Source: Candidatus Eiseniibacteriota bacterium
Lineage (GTDB): Bacteria; Eisenbacteria; RBG-16-71-46; SZUA-252
DNA: 64,000 nucleotides
Direction: 5' to 3'
Assembly (NCBI GenBank): GCA_963703225.1
Contig: OY969801.1
Coordinates: 2,144,001 to 2,208,000, forward strand
Below the pieces are notes generated by a model. It made no database searches, was not told the DNA's origin, and saw nothing but the letters and a program-made list of their open reading frames with translations. Shown here one piece after another: positions 30,041-43,790 of the stretch (position 1 is the first letter of the stretch; each line of letters opens with the position of its first letter). The position numbers and the translations under genes were made by a program.

Positions 30041-31468
30041 TTAATGCACCGATGTGCCAGAATGTCCTATTCCTGGCACATATCCCGCTTCAGCGTACCT
30101 CTCGAGCATCCGATAGAGGGTCCTCCGTGGAATGCCCAGCAATCGGGCCGCCTCGGACTTGTTCCCGTGGGCTCGCTCCAGCGCGTCGAAGACGTGATCG
30201 CGGATCAGCTCATCCAGAGTCGGCCTCGACCGGGTCGTCTGAACCGACGGCGCGGCGATGGGCAATCCGGCCAACTTTTCCGGGAGGTCCCCTTCCTCCA
30301 CGATCGGGCCGGGCGAGAGCGCGACCGCACGCTCCACGACGTTCTCCAGCTCTCTGACGTTGCCGGGCCACGTGTGCGCCAGCAGGGCTTCCATGGACTT
30401 CGGGGAAAAACCCGAGAGCTGACGGTTGGACCGCGCCGCGTATTCGCGGAGGAAGTGGCCGGCCAGGACCGGAATGTCCTCGCGCCGCTCCCGAAGCGGT
30501 AGCACGTGCAGCGCCACGACATGGAGGCGATAGTAGAGGTCCTCCCGGAAGCCCCCCGCCCGCACGAGCGCCTCGAGATCCCTGTGCGTCGCCGCCACCA
30601 CCCGCACGTCGACCGGGATCGTCTCCGCTCCGCCCACCGGCTTCACCTCCTGCTCCTGCAGCACGCGGAGCAGCTTGGCCTGCATCGAAAGCGACATGTC
30701 TCCGACCTCGTCGAGAAAGACGGTCCCGCGATTCGCTTCCAGAAAGAGCCCGGGGCGCCGCTCGATCGCTCCGGTGAAGGCGCCCTTCACGTGGCCGAAG
30801 AGCTCGCTCTCCAACAGTGTCTCGGAGAGGCTGGTGCAATTGACCGCGACGAAGGGCCGGTCGCGGCGAGGGCTCGATTCGTGAATCGTGCGAGCGATCA
30901 GCTCCTTGCCCGTGCCGCTCTCGCCGATGATCAGCACGGAGCTCTTGGTCCCCGCGACACGCGAAACCAGCTTGAACAGCTCGACCATGCCCGGGTGCGA
31001 TCCGATAATCGGCCTCGTCCGGCCGGGATCCACGGGGGCGGGTCCCGAGGGCATTCCCGCGGCCGCGCCGCTCTTCGCCGCGTGGCGCAGCTTCCGCCGC
31101 TCCATCGCCCGCGCGACGCAGAGACGGACCTCGTCGAGCTTGAAGGGCTTCCGGACATAGTCGATCGCTCCCTCATGGAGCGCCCGGATGGCCGTCTCGA
31201 TCGTTCCGTAGGCCGTGACCAGGATGACGCTCAGGTCGGGCGCGATGCTGCGAAGCCTTCTCAGCACCTCGATCCCGTCGATATCGGGCATCTGGACGTC
31301 GCTCAGGACGATGTCGAACGGCCGCTCCGCCGCGAGCCGCAACGCCTCGGCGCCGCTCGACGCCACGGCGACCTCGTATCCCTCCTGGACGAACACCTCC
31401 CGGAGGAGTCCCGAGGAACCGGAATCGTCGTCGACGACCAACATGGTGGGGCGCTGCCGGGCGCTCAT
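30041..31468 (-). CDS. sigma54-dependent response regulator (NtrC/AtoC/ZraR family: REC-AAA+-Fis HTH)
   Basis: VVDDD/SDVQMP/KPF receiver, GESGTGKE, ESELFGHVKGAFTGA, FLDEV, FREDLYYRL, WPGNVREL, GNKSEAARLLGI. Confidence 0.95.
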   Translation of the reverse strand: MSARQRPTMLVVDDDSGSSGLLREVFVQEGYEVAVASSGAEALRLAAERPFDIVLSDVQMPDIDGIEVLRRLRSIAPDLSVILVTAYGTIETAIRALHEGAIDYVRKPFKLDEVRLCVARAMERRKLRHAAKSGAAAGMPSGPAPVDPGRTRPIIGSHPGMVELFKLVSRVAGTKSSVLIIGESGTGKELIARTIHESSPRRDRPFVAVNCTSLSETLLESELFGHVKGAFTGAIERRPGLFLEANRGTVFLDEVGDMSLSMQAKLLRVLQEQEVKPVGGAETIPVDVRVVAATHRDLEALVRAGGFREDLYYRLHVVALHVLPLRERREDIPVLAGHFLREYAARSNRQLSGFSPKSMEALLAHTWPGNVRELENVVERAVALSPGPIVEEGDLPEKLAGLPIAAPSVQTTRSRPTLDELIRDHVFDALERAHGNKSEAARLLGIPRRTLYRMLERYAEAGYVPGIGHSGTSVH

Positions 31469-31700
31469 CTTCCTTCTCCGTGACGGGACTTCCGCCGCGC
31501 GGGGCGCGGGCTTTCATTGTACCCCACGCGCCCTGCCGGGTTCGGCCCCTCGCCGCCCGACAGCGCCCCGTGGCCCCGGCTGGGAGACGCCGCTTGGCCG
31601 TTCGGGGTTGATGAAGGTGGAACCGATCTTCTAGCATCGGGCGACTTTGACGCGGATCCCGCCGGGACCTGCGATGGTCCTCTCGATCGTGGAGGCCGAA

Positions 31701-33035
31701 ATGTCATCGAGCCCCGATACGGAAATTGAGGAGCCGCTCTCCGTCTCCGACCTCCAGGAGGCGTGGTCGCTCCTGGTTCCCTCCGATCGAATGGAGAGCT
31801 TTCGCGCGCTCGAGCGCACCGAAGCGGAAGATTTCTTTCTCAGCCTGAGCGCGCGAGACCAAGCCGAGCTGCTCCTCGGTCTCCCTCCGGCGGAACGGCG
31901 GTCGTGGATGCGCCTCCTGGCGCCCGACGACGCCGCCGACTTGGTGCAGGAAGTTCCCCACGCCGAGCGCGAGGAGCTGATGGCGCTCCTCGACGATCCC
32001 ACCCGGCAGGACGTGAGCGGGCTCCTCGCCTATGCCGAGGACGATGCCGGAGGATTGATGAGCCCGCGGTACGCGCGGCTACGCCCCGACATGACGGTCG
32101 ACGAGGCGATCACCTACTTAAGGCGGCACGCCGCCGAGCGCGCGGAGACCCTGACCTACGCCTACGTGCTCTCGTCCGAGCACAGGCTCCTCGGCGTCGT
32201 CTCCTACCGGGACCTCATCACCGCGAAACCGGATCAGAAGATCGAGGCGATCATGCGCACCGAGCTGATCACGGTGCCGGAGGCTATGGATCAGGAGGAG
32301 GTGAGCCGGCTCTTTGCCGCGCATCGCCTCATGGCCTTCCCGGTCGTCGACCCCGAGGGGCGGATGAAGGGGATCGTCACCCTCGACGACATCGTCGACG
32401 TCGTCCGCGAAGAAGCCACGGAAGATATCCAGAAGATCGGCGGTACCGCGGCACTGGAAGCTCCCTATCTCCGTGTCGGGGTCGGCGCCATGATCCGTGC
32501 CCGGGCCGGATGGCTCGCGGCGCTGTTCCTGGGAGAAAGTCTCACGGCCACGGCCATGGGCTACTTCGAGGCCGAAATCGCGCGCGCGGTGGTCCTCGCC
32601 CTGTTTGTTCCGTTGGTGATCTCGAGCGGCGGAAATTCAGGCAGCCAGGCGACGACGCTCGTGATCCGCGCGATGGCGCTAGGCGAAGTGAAACTGCGTG
32701 ACTGGTGGCGGGTCATGCGGCGCGAGATCATCTCCGGGCTCGGGCTCGGGGCGATCCTTGCGGGGATCGGGATCGCGCGAATCCTGATTTGGCAGGCTTT
32801 GTTCCACACCTACGGGGCGCACCACTTCCTGATCGCGCTGACGGTGGCCACCAGCCTCGTGGGTGTCGTCCTCTGGGGAACCATCGTCGGATCCATGCTG
32901 CCGTTCCTCCTGCGACGGATCGGGTTCGACCCCGCGACCGCCTCCGCGCCGTTCGTCGCCACGCTGGTCGACGTGACGGGGCTCATCATCTATTTCTCCA
33001 CGGCTCGGGTCTTGTTGACTGGGACCCTGCTCTAG
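31701..33035 (+). CDS. mgtE: Magnesium transporter MgtE
   Basis: N domain, CBS pair (AGGLM, GIVTLDD), GGNSGSQ, DPA.ASAPFVATLVDV.G. ATG 31701 after GGAGG. Confidence 0.95.
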   Translation: MSSSPDTEIEEPLSVSDLQEAWSLLVPSDRMESFRALERTEAEDFFLSLSARDQAELLLGLPPAERRSWMRLLAPDDAADLVQEVPHAEREELMALLDDPTRQDVSGLLAYAEDDAGGLMSPRYARLRPDMTVDEAITYLRRHAAERAETLTYAYVLSSEHRLLGVVSYRDLITAKPDQKIEAIMRTELITVPEAMDQEEVSRLFAAHRLMAFPVVDPEGRMKGIVTLDDIVDVVREEATEDIQKIGGTAALEAPYLRVGVGAMIRARAGWLAALFLGESLTATAMGYFEAEIARAVVLALFVPLVISSGGNSGSQATTLVIRAMALGEVKLRDWWRVMRREIISGLGLGAILAGIGIARILIWQALFHTYGAHHFLIALTVATSLVGVVLWGTIVGSMLPFLLRRIGFDPATASAPFVATLVDVTGLIIYFSTARVLLTGTLL

Positions 33036-33068
33036 GATGCGAATCGGGTCCAGATCGCGCGGGACGAG

Positions 33069-35958
<2,890 letters not shown>

Positions 35959-35990
35959 GAGAATTCCTCCTTGGAATACTCCCATTGGGT

Positions 35991-36758
35991 CTAGGACTTG
36001 GATTCCGCCGCCAGCCGTGCGCGGATCAGCGGCTCGAACAGATCGATCGGTACGGGGAAGATCGTGGTCGAATTGTTTTCGGTCGCGATCTCGGCGAGCG
36101 TCTGGAGGTAGCGAAGCTGCATGGCCAGAGGCTGGGTCGCGAGGACCCTGGCCGCCTCGGTCAGCTTCTGGCTGGCCTGGAGCTCGCCTTCGGCGTTGAT
36201 GACCTTGGCGCGTCGCTCGCGCTCGGCCTCCGCCTGCCGCGCGATCGCGCGCTGCATTTCTTGCGGTAGGTCGACGTTCTTCACCTCGACCGTGCTCACC
36301 TTGATCCCCCACGGCTCGGTGTGCCCGTCGATCACCAGCTGGAGCTCCTTGTTGATCTTGTCCCGGTTCGCGAGCAGCTCATCCAGCTCCGCCTGCCCGA
36401 GGCTGCTCCGAAGGGTCGTCTGCGCGATCTGGGAGGTGGCGTAGAGGTAGTTCTCCACCTCAAGCACCGCGCGCGTCGCGTCCAGGACGCGGAAGTAGAT
36501 CACCGCGTTCACCTTCACCGAGACGTTGTCGCGCGTGATGACGTCCTGCGGGGGGACGTCCAGAGCGACCGTCCGGAGCGGGATCTTCACCATCTTGTCC
36601 ACGATCGGGATCAGAAAGATGAGTCCCGGCCCCTTCATGCCGATGGAGCGCCCGAGGCGGAAGATCACCCCGCGCTCGTACTCCCGGAGCACCTTGATGG
36701 CGCTGGAGAGGATGAGAATCCCTAGAATGATGAGCGTGATCATCGTGTACGAAACCAT
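35991..36758 (-). CDS. SPFH/stomatin (slipin) family protein
   Basis: [38 protein letters not shown]. Confidence 0.95.
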   Translation of the reverse strand: MVSYTMITLIILGILILSSAIKVLREYERGVIFRLGRSIGMKGPGLIFLIPIVDKMVKIPLRTVALDVPPQDVITRDNVSVKVNAVIYFRVLDATRAVLEVENYLYATSQIAQTTLRSSLGQAELDELLANRDKINKELQLVIDGHTEPWGIKVSTVEVKNVDLPQEMQRAIARQAEAERERRAKVINAEGELQASQKLTEAARVLATQPLAMQLRYLQTLAEIATENNSTTIFPVPIDLFEPLIRARLAAESKS

Positions 36759-36770
36759 CCCTGACCCCCT

Positions 36771-38105
36771 TTAGGCCTTCTTCACCCGGAGCGACAATCC
36801 GTCGACGCGATCCACGACAACGGCGGCGCCGCGCGCGATCGGCTCGTTGGCCGTCGCGTTCCAGTACTCGCCGTGAATGAACACCTGCCCGGTTGGACCC
36901 AGGTCGGTCAGCGCGGTGCCCCGCTCACCGAGGAGGCCCTGGACTCCGGTCGTCGGCTTCCGGCGCTGCGCGCGATAGGCGGCGCCGAGCACGAAGCCGA
37001 AGAAGAGGACCGTCACGACCACCACGGTCAGGATGACGGAAAGCGAAACGCGCACGACGCCGGCGTCCCCCCCGAGCAGGATCAGAGATCCCAGGAGGAG
37101 GGCCGCCACGCCCCCGATGGTGAGGATTCCGTGGCTCTGCACTTTCACCTCGACGGCAAAGAGGATCATGGCGAACACGATCAGGAAGACCCCGGTCAGA
37201 TTCACGGGGAGCGCCTGGAACGCGAGGAACGCCAGGAGGAGGCAGATTCCGCCGACCACGCCGGGCAGGATCGCCCCCGGATTCGATAGCTCGAAGAGGA
37301 GCCCGTAGAAACCCAGGATGAACAGGATGTAGGCGATGTTGGGATCGGTGATGCGGCTCAGAAGCTTCTGCCGCCACGTCGGACCCACCTCGTGGCGCTC
37401 CGCCCCTTTCGTGTGGAGGACTCGCGCTTCGCCTGCGACCGTGACGCGGCGGCCGTCGAGCGCTTCCAAGAGCTCGTCCACGTCGCGGACGACGAGATCG
37501 ACCACCTTCATCCGGAGCGCGTCGGTCTCGCCCAGCGATCCGCCCTCGCGGACCGCCTTCTCCGCCCAGTCGGCGTTTCGCCCGTGCTGGGCCGCGAGCG
37601 AGCGGATGTAGCTCACCGCGTCGTTCTTGACCTTGCGCGCCAGATCCTTGTTTCCGACGTCTCCGCCGCCCATCTGAACGGGCGTGGCGGCGCCGATCGA
37701 CGTGCCGGGGGACATCGCGGCGACGTGGGCCGCCATGGCGATGAACGTTCCCGCGCTCGCCGCGCGGCCGCCGGAGGGGGAGACGTAGACGACGACCGGG
37801 ACCTCGGAGATCAGTATTCGCTTGATGATGTCGCGCATGGAGGAGTCGAGGCCGCCCGGTGTGTCGAGGCGGATGATCAAGGCCTCGCGCTTTTCCTTCT
37901 CGGCCCGGTCGATCGCCTGCACGATCACCTCCGCGCTGATCGGCTGGATCGCCCCTTCCAGTGTCAGCACGTCCACCTGGGGTTTGTCCGAAGCCGACGG
38001 CGTCGGGGTCGCGGCCCCTTTGCTCCACGCGACGCCCGCCGGCAGAGCCAGCATCGCGAGCGCGACGACGATCGATGCTCTCACTCCGTTCCCGTTTAGG
38101 CGCAT
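36771..38105 (-). CDS. nfeD: NfeD membrane-bound ClpP-class serine protease (stomatin operon partner)
   Basis: LDTPGG, AASAG, IGAATP, K..ND, TM region, C-terminal OB-fold G.V.I.GEYW.A. Confidence 0.92.
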   Translation of the reverse strand: MRLNGNGVRASIVVALAMLALPAGVAWSKGAATPTPSASDKPQVDVLTLEGAIQPISAEVIVQAIDRAEKEKREALIIRLDTPGGLDSSMRDIIKRILISEVPVVVYVSPSGGRAASAGTFIAMAAHVAAMSPGTSIGAATPVQMGGGDVGNKDLARKVKNDAVSYIRSLAAQHGRNADWAEKAVREGGSLGETDALRMKVVDLVVRDVDELLEALDGRRVTVAGEARVLHTKGAERHEVGPTWRQKLLSRITDPNIAYILFILGFYGLLFELSNPGAILPGVVGGICLLLAFLAFQALPVNLTGVFLIVFAMILFAVEVKVQSHGILTIGGVAALLLGSLILLGGDAGVVRVSLSVILTVVVVTVLFFGFVLGAAYRAQRRKPTTGVQGLLGERGTALTDLGPTGQVFIHGEYWNATANEPIARGAAVVVDRVDGLSLRVKKA

Positions 38106-39092
38106 GCGACCGCTACCTCCCGTACGGCTTGGAAGTGCTCGACCGGGGCCGCCGCGGGCACCGCGCAGCCTGGGCCCAGGATGAACCGGGTCCCGCCCGA
38201 TTCATGGATCGCGGCGCGCGCCTCCTCCTGGACCGCTTCGACCGGCCCGCGCACAAAGGTTCCCTCGTGGTCGATCCCGCCCAGGAGCGTCTTGGTCGTG
38301 AGCGGCCGCAGCGCGGCGATGGATGGATTTCGCGCCGCCTTCGCGTCCCAGGAAATCACCGAGACGGGATAGTCGAGGTGGTCGCTGACGTAGGCGCCCG
38401 GCCCGCAGATGTGGATCGTGTTGAGGAGCGCGCCTTCGGCCTCCGACAGCACCCTCAAGTCGTAGGGGCGGCCGAACTCGCGCGTGAGATCCCTGCTGAT
38501 GCGGGAGTCGTTGCGCCCAGTCGGTGGTCGCGAGGAAGATTCCTGAGGCGCCGCGCCGGATCGTTTCGCGCACGAAAGCCGCAAAGGTCTCGGTGATCGC
38601 GCGGAGCGCGGCGTGGACGGCTTCGCCGTGCCGGCGCAGATGCTCCACGAACACCTCGTCGTTGTTGACGAGGTCCGCCGCGATCGAAATCGGATTGAAG
38701 ACGGTCATGACCCAGTCGGTCTCCCCTTGCGCTACGGCCGCGATCCGCTCCTCGGCGTCGAGCAGCTCGCCCAAGACGCCCTTCGTCGGATCGAGCGGGC
38801 GGATGCGGGCCCAATCTTCCGCACTCTTCACCGGGCTCTCGACGACCTTGGGCTTGTCGAGAGGACCCGTGCCGGGGCGCTTCGTCCGCACCCCCCAATC
38901 TTCGACGTGATAGGAGCCGCGCGGGTTCACCTTGAGGAAGTCCCAGTCGTAGGTCTTCTGGAACGCAAGCATCGACTCCGCAAGATCTTTGGCGGAGCCC
39001 TCGCGATCGTAGAAATGCCTCCAGAAGGAGACCGGCGGCCGGTCGGTCGCCTCTCCCCGGAGGGTCTTTCGAATTCGTTCGCGTCGGGTCAT
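38096..39092 (-). CDS. UroD/MtaA-like (URO-D superfamily) protein, frameshift near 38510
   Basis: MT.RERI...L.G...DRPP, TVFNP, GA.GIF, IHICG, LLGGID, ILGPGC.VP; lacks the HemE RQAGR motif. Confidence 0.8.
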
Positions 39093-39225
39093 GCAAATCT
39101 CAGGTCTGATTTCAGTTACGGGTCGTTGTGTGTTCCGCGGCTCGGGCGTAGAATAGAGAATCGTACACAGAAAGCGCCCACCCCACAAGCCCCGCGCCAG
39201 CCCCAGCGCGCTGTAAGGAGGCCCG

Positions 39226-39852
39226 GTGAAAGCAGTTCTCCCTCCTCGTCGTTCGCGCAGGGCGGGGTCACGGAGTCATTGGCTCCGCCTCACGGGATGC
39301 CTCTGGGCGCTCCTAGTCAGCCTATTCATGGCGACCTTCGCCACCGCGGATCCCCAGTCCAGGGGGGAAATTGCCATTTCGCCGACCGTTGGGACCCGCT
39401 GGTTCGACTCCAAGCTGGATCTGCAGAGCGAGGTATCGCTCGGGCTGCGTTTGGGCATGGTCCTCGACACCCGGTTCAGCCTGCTCATGGATTTTGTGCA
39501 GAGCGATCCCTCAAGGAAAACCACAGGGGACCCGGCGCGCGTCTCGAGCCTCCGCGTGCTGGCTCAGTGCCGGCCGATCGCGGCCAGGATACGACCCTAC
39601 TTGCTGGGCGGATTCGGCGGCGTGCTCTTCAATTTCGAGGACACAAACGATACGGCAGGCGGGACGGCGAGCGTCGGCGGCGGGCTTGAATTCGCCGCGT
39701 CGAAACGGGCCAGACTGTTCGCCGAGTATTCCGCCGAGTTTTATCGGATGCGAAACGTCAGCTACTCCCCGACCGGCGAAGTGATTTCCACGACCGAGCG
39801 AACGACCGACGCGATTCAGTCGATCTCAGCCGGCGTCAGTGTGGGGTTCTGA
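39226..39852 (+). CDS. Outer-membrane beta-barrel protein (OmpA-TM/porin-like)
   Basis: Signal peptide, alternating beta strands, PYLLGGFG, C-terminal SAGVSVGF. Confidence 0.75.
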   Translation: MKAVLPPRRSRRAGSRSHWLRLTGCLWALLVSLFMATFATADPQSRGEIAISPTVGTRWFDSKLDLQSEVSLGLRLGMVLDTRFSLLMDFVQSDPSRKTTGDPARVSSLRVLAQCRPIAARIRPYLLGGFGGVLFNFEDTNDTAGGTASVGGGLEFAASKRARLFAEYSAEFYRMRNVSYSPTGEVISTTERTTDAIQSISAGVSVGF

Positions 39853-39853
39853 G

Positions 39854-40990
39854 GTGCGGCCGGGCCTGATCGCCGCGCTTGTCCTGCTCCTCGCGGTCCT
39901 CACATCCTGCTCCGACATGCCCACAAAGCCTCTCGCCACCGTGACCGTGGTGGGCACCATCACGGACCGCGACGGAGCTGCCATGCCGAACGCGGGCCTG
40001 AGTTTCCTCCCATTCGGCAAGTCGCCGTTCGATCCCGGGGTTTCTGTGACCTACGCGTACACGGACGGCAACGGCGCCTTTGGGATCGCGCTGGCGGAGG
40101 GAAGCTACCAAGTTCGCATCGATCCCGACTACCGCAGCGGCGTGGCTTCGGCCAAGATTCCCAAGTTTGACGTGGGTGGAGGGAAATCTCGGCTCGATTA
40201 CCGATTCACGGGCACCCGGGTCACGGGCCAGATCACGGGGCCAGGCGGGCTTCCCATTTCCAATGCCTACGTATATGTTGCGTCCTACGTCAACGAGGTC
40301 TATGCGACAGCGGTATCCGTCAACGGCCAATACTCCCTCCTTGTCCCGCCCGGGAAATACGACTGCGCAGTCGAGTCCGGCTCTTATCAGAGCGGGCTTC
40401 CGCATTTGATCTTCGAAGCAGACATTTCCTCGACGGATACGTTGATGGATTTCGCCCTCACGGGAAATAAGGTGACGGTGACGGTCACTCTGAAGGGCTC
40501 TTTTCCGATGGCAGGTGCCAACGTGGCTCTGCAATCAAGTCCGGCGGGAACTTCTGTCGGCAATCGAACCGATCTCGAGGGAACCACTGTGCTCTACGCC
40601 CCCAGCGGCGACTATTCCTTTTACGTGAGCCCTCCCTATTCCTATGTCGTGGGGCCGGAGACGGGCTACTGGTCGATTTCCGGGGATGTTTCGCAAACGA
40701 TCGATTTCCCTGGGATCGACTGGAATTGCACGCTGCGTCGGGCCGCGGACGACGCGGCCATCTCGTTCGCGTCGATTAACGCGAGGGAGGTCGGCTCCTA
40801 CAGTCGATACGCAGCCACGGTCACTGACCCACTCGGAGAATTCCACCTGATCGTGCGTCCCAACACGGCCTATGACGTTTTGGTTGCGGTCTTCAACTCG
40901 ACAACCGACCCATTCACTTTCACCGTCCCCAACGTGTTCTCCGGAGCCGACTCGACGTTCGACGTGGTTGTTCCCGCACCCGTCCCCTAG
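39854..40990 (+). CDS. Lipoprotein with repeated carboxypeptidase-regulatory-like (prealbumin-fold) domains
   Basis: Lipobox LTSC; repeats of G.IT...G.P..NA / TD.NG.F / G.Y. Confidence 0.75.
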   Translation: MRPGLIAALVLLLAVLTSCSDMPTKPLATVTVVGTITDRDGAAMPNAGLSFLPFGKSPFDPGVSVTYAYTDGNGAFGIALAEGSYQVRIDPDYRSGVASAKIPKFDVGGGKSRLDYRFTGTRVTGQITGPGGLPISNAYVYVASYVNEVYATAVSVNGQYSLLVPPGKYDCAVESGSYQSGLPHLIFEADISSTDTLMDFALTGNKVTVTVTLKGSFPMAGANVALQSSPAGTSVGNRTDLEGTTVLYAPSGDYSFYVSPPYSYVVGPETGYWSISGDVSQTIDFPGIDWNCTLRRAADDAAISFASINAREVGSYSRYAATVTDPLGEFHLIVRPNTAYDVLVAVFNSTTDPFTFTVPNVFSGADSTFDVVVPAPVP

Positions 40991-42156
40991 GCCAACCCCT
41001 CGGGCGGGGCCATGTAGCCGGGCGCCGTCACCGGCTGCTCGGTGACGCGCGCGTAGAGATCCTCGTACATCGGAACGATGCGGCTCGCGTCGTACCGCTC
41101 GATGGCGACCTCTCGCGCCCGCTTCCCCATCGCTGCGTGCCGCTCCTCATCGGTCAGAACCTCGATGGCGCGGCGGGCCATGCCGGCGACGTCGCCCACC
41201 GGGAGGAGATATCCGGTCTCGCCCGATTCGATCAGCTCGGGCACCCCCTCGGCTGTCGTCCCGATCACCGGGACGCCCGAGGACATTGCCTCGAGCGCCG
41301 CGAGGCCAAAGCTCTCGTTGGCGCTGGTCAGGATGAAGAGGTCCCCGGTCGAGAGCACGTCCTCGACCGCGTCGAGCTGCCCCAAGTAGCGCACGTACCG
41401 CTCGACGCCCAGCTCCACCGCGACCTCGCGGCTTCGGGTTCGGTCGGCTCCGTCCCCCACCATGAGGAGCACGCTCGGCACCTCGCGCCGCACGGCCGCG
41501 AAGACGCGGACGACGTCCTCCACCCGCTTGCTCGGGCGGAAATTGGAGATGTGGATCAGGATCCGCTCCCCCTTCTTCGCGAACCGCTCGCGCCGGCGGA
41601 CCCCGCGATCGCGCGGGGCGTAGCGAGAGGTATCGACGAAGTTCGGGATCACGTGGATCGCGCGGCGCGGCCGGAACACCTCCACCGTCTTCTTGCGGAG
41701 AAACTCCGAGACCGCGGTGACGCCGTCGCTCTGGTCGATCCCGAAGCGGGTGAGCGTGCGGAAGGACTGGTCGGAGCCGACGAGGGTGATGTCGGTCCCG
41801 TGGAGCGTGGTCACCACGCGCAGCTTGGTGGAGGCGGCCACCTGCTTGCCGAGGTAGGCGCAGACAGCATGCGGAATCGCGTAGTGGGCGTGAATCACGT
41901 CCAGCCCCGCTTCATCCGCGACCTCGGCCATCTTCGCGGCCAGCGCGAGCGTATAGGGCGGATATTGAAAGAGCGGATACGAGATGACCTGCACCTCGTG
42001 GAAGTAGACGTCTTCCTGGTAGGGCTTCAGGCGAAATGGAATGGAATACGAGATGAAGTGAATCTCGTGTCCGCGTCGGGCCAGCTCGATGCCGAGCTCG
42101 GTGGCGACGACGCCCGAGCCTCCGTGGGTTGGATAGCAGGAGATTCCGATCTTCAC
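40987..42156 (-). CDS. bshA: N-acetyl-alpha-D-glucosaminyl L-malate synthase
   Basis: MKIGI.CYPT.GGSGVVATELG, HAHYAIPHA, TTLHGTDITLVG, HISNFR..KR, ESFGLAALEAM. Confidence 0.95.
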   Translation of the reverse strand: MKIGISCYPTHGGSGVVATELGIELARRGHEIHFISYSIPFRLKPYQEDVYFHEVQVISYPLFQYPPYTLALAAKMAEVADEAGLDVIHAHYAIPHAVCAYLGKQVAASTKLRVVTTLHGTDITLVGSDQSFRTLTRFGIDQSDGVTAVSEFLRKKTVEVFRPRRAIHVIPNFVDTSRYAPRDRGVRRRERFAKKGERILIHISNFRPSKRVEDVVRVFAAVRREVPSVLLMVGDGADRTRSREVAVELGVERYVRYLGQLDAVEDVLSTGDLFILTSANESFGLAALEAMSSGVPVIGTTAEGVPELIESGETGYLLPVGDVAGMARRAIEVLTDEERHAAMGKRAREVAIERYDASRIVPMYEDLYARVTEQPVTAPGYMAPPEGLA

Positions 42157-43786
42157 GAAGTCTTACCTCCTACCGGCACCAGAGCGTGGGTGCCCAGGGT
42201 GGCGAGCGGGTCGACCAAGCAGGAAATGAGATCGGGGCCGTAGCGCGCCAGGTACCCGACGGGCGAGTAGACCCTCTCTTGGAGCTTCCCTTCGGGAAAA
42301 AGCTGCGCCCGCGCGCGCCGGATCTGCTGCACCGACTCCTCCTGCCGACGTTTCCAGACCTGCATCAGCTTCCTCTCTAGATTCAGACCCTCGTGCTCCA
42401 CCTTGTGCCCCGCGGTCGAGACCGCGGCCTGGAGCGAGGGATCAAAGCCCCCCACCTTCAGCTCGAGCCGGGCAAAGCTCTGCTTCCAGATCTCCCGCTC
42501 CCGCTCGAAGGTTTCCGGGAAGTCGCCTGGCAGAAGCGCCCGCAGCGCTTCACCCACCACGGCCTCTACGTCCCCCGCGAGCGAGGTCCACTCGATGCCG
42601 AACCGGTCGAGCGTCTTCGCCACCTTCGGCTCCAAGAGCGTGGCGCCCGCGCGCGGGGCCACCGCGGGCACCGACATTCCGAAGAGCGGGTAGAGCGCCT
42701 GCACCTGGCCCCAGTAGGCCACCTCCGCCGGACCGCCCACGTAGGCCGCGGTCGGAAGGAGGTGATCCTGCACGATGGGTCGGAGCAGCACGCCGGGGCT
42801 CGCCTTCTCCGGGTGCGCCCGCACCGACGCCGCGAACGCCTCCGGCTTCACGCCGTGCGGCTTCGCGCCAATCCGGATCGTTCCGTCCTCGTCCAGCCGA
42901 AGCGGCTCGCGCGCCTCCTCGTGCCAGAACAAATTCAGCTCGTTTCCCGCCCGGGCGATCTGGGCGTGGTAGCCGCGGCCCTCGAGCTCTTCCCCGCCTT
43001 CTTGGCCGCGCGCGATGACTCACCCCGGAGCGCGATCTCGCGTTCCACGATCGGCACGGCGAGCGCCTTCGCCTCCGGATCGGAGGGGTCGAAGACCAGC
43101 GCCCCCAACGGTGCCACGAAGCCCGCCATGAACTGCGCGAACGCCTCGGTCCAGGAACGCCCGGGCACGTAGGCCGCGCGGAGCGAGCCGACCATCCCCT
43201 CGCGAAACTCGGATCGGGGCAAAGTCGACGCGACCCGATCGACGAGGGCCTCGATCTCCGCTCCCAGCCGAATCCGCGAGAAGGAGACCGCGGGCTTGGC
43301 ACCGCGCCCCGGGTACTCCACCGGCGTTGGCTCGGACCCGCCGTCGTTCACCCACGTCCGGCGAACCTCGTCGAAATCGTGGTCGTCGGACGCGACCCAG
43401 AATATGGGAACCACCGGCTTCCCCGATGTGGCCGCGACCGCGCGGGCCAGGGAAATCGCCGATAGGGCCTTGTAGAGCGTGTAGAGGGGGCCGCCAAAGA
43501 GGCCCGGCTGCTGCCCCGCGACGACCACTAAAGTGTTGGGACGCTCGAATCGGGCCAGAGGTTCGCGGGAAGCGTCCCCAACCCCCAGCGCGGCTGCCTG
43601 CCGCTTGAGGATCGAGGCCATCTCGGCCCTCATTTTCGATGGGTAGTCCCGGGCCGCGGCGCGGCCGGCGATCGCGGCCGGATCCCGGAAATCGACCGGA
43701 TAGAAATCGCGAAGGCGATCGGGCGCGCTCCGGTAGTCCCGATAGAGCGCGCTCGGGAAGATGAGATGTTCGAATGGGGTGGGCGT
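42153..43786 (-). CDS. bshC: Bacillithiol cysteine-adding enzyme, frameshift near 42992
   Basis: S.LY.DY...L..FY, GQQPGLFGGPLYTLYKA, FW.ASDDHDFDE, SPGVLLRP..QD.LLPT.AYVGGPAE.AYW.Q, LQER. Start uncertain: the conserved N-terminus has no canonical start codon. Confidence 0.92.
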
Positions 43787-43790
43787 GGGC

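Noticed and set aside
30044..30090. sigma54 promoters at the TGGCAC motifs in the 3' end of the response regulator
   Set aside because: The minus-strand copy has GG-N9-GC spacing. The plus-strand copy has a poor -12 (CCGC) and points antisense into the gene. They are better read as a palindromic binding site.
31469..31700. M-box (ykoK) riboswitch upstream of mgtE
   Set aside because: No recognisable M-box consensus or terminator in this divergent intergenic region.
38096..39092. hemE (uroporphyrinogen decarboxylase) assignment
   Set aside because: It lacks the RQAGR motif and haem-gene context, so only superfamily-level similarity is supported.
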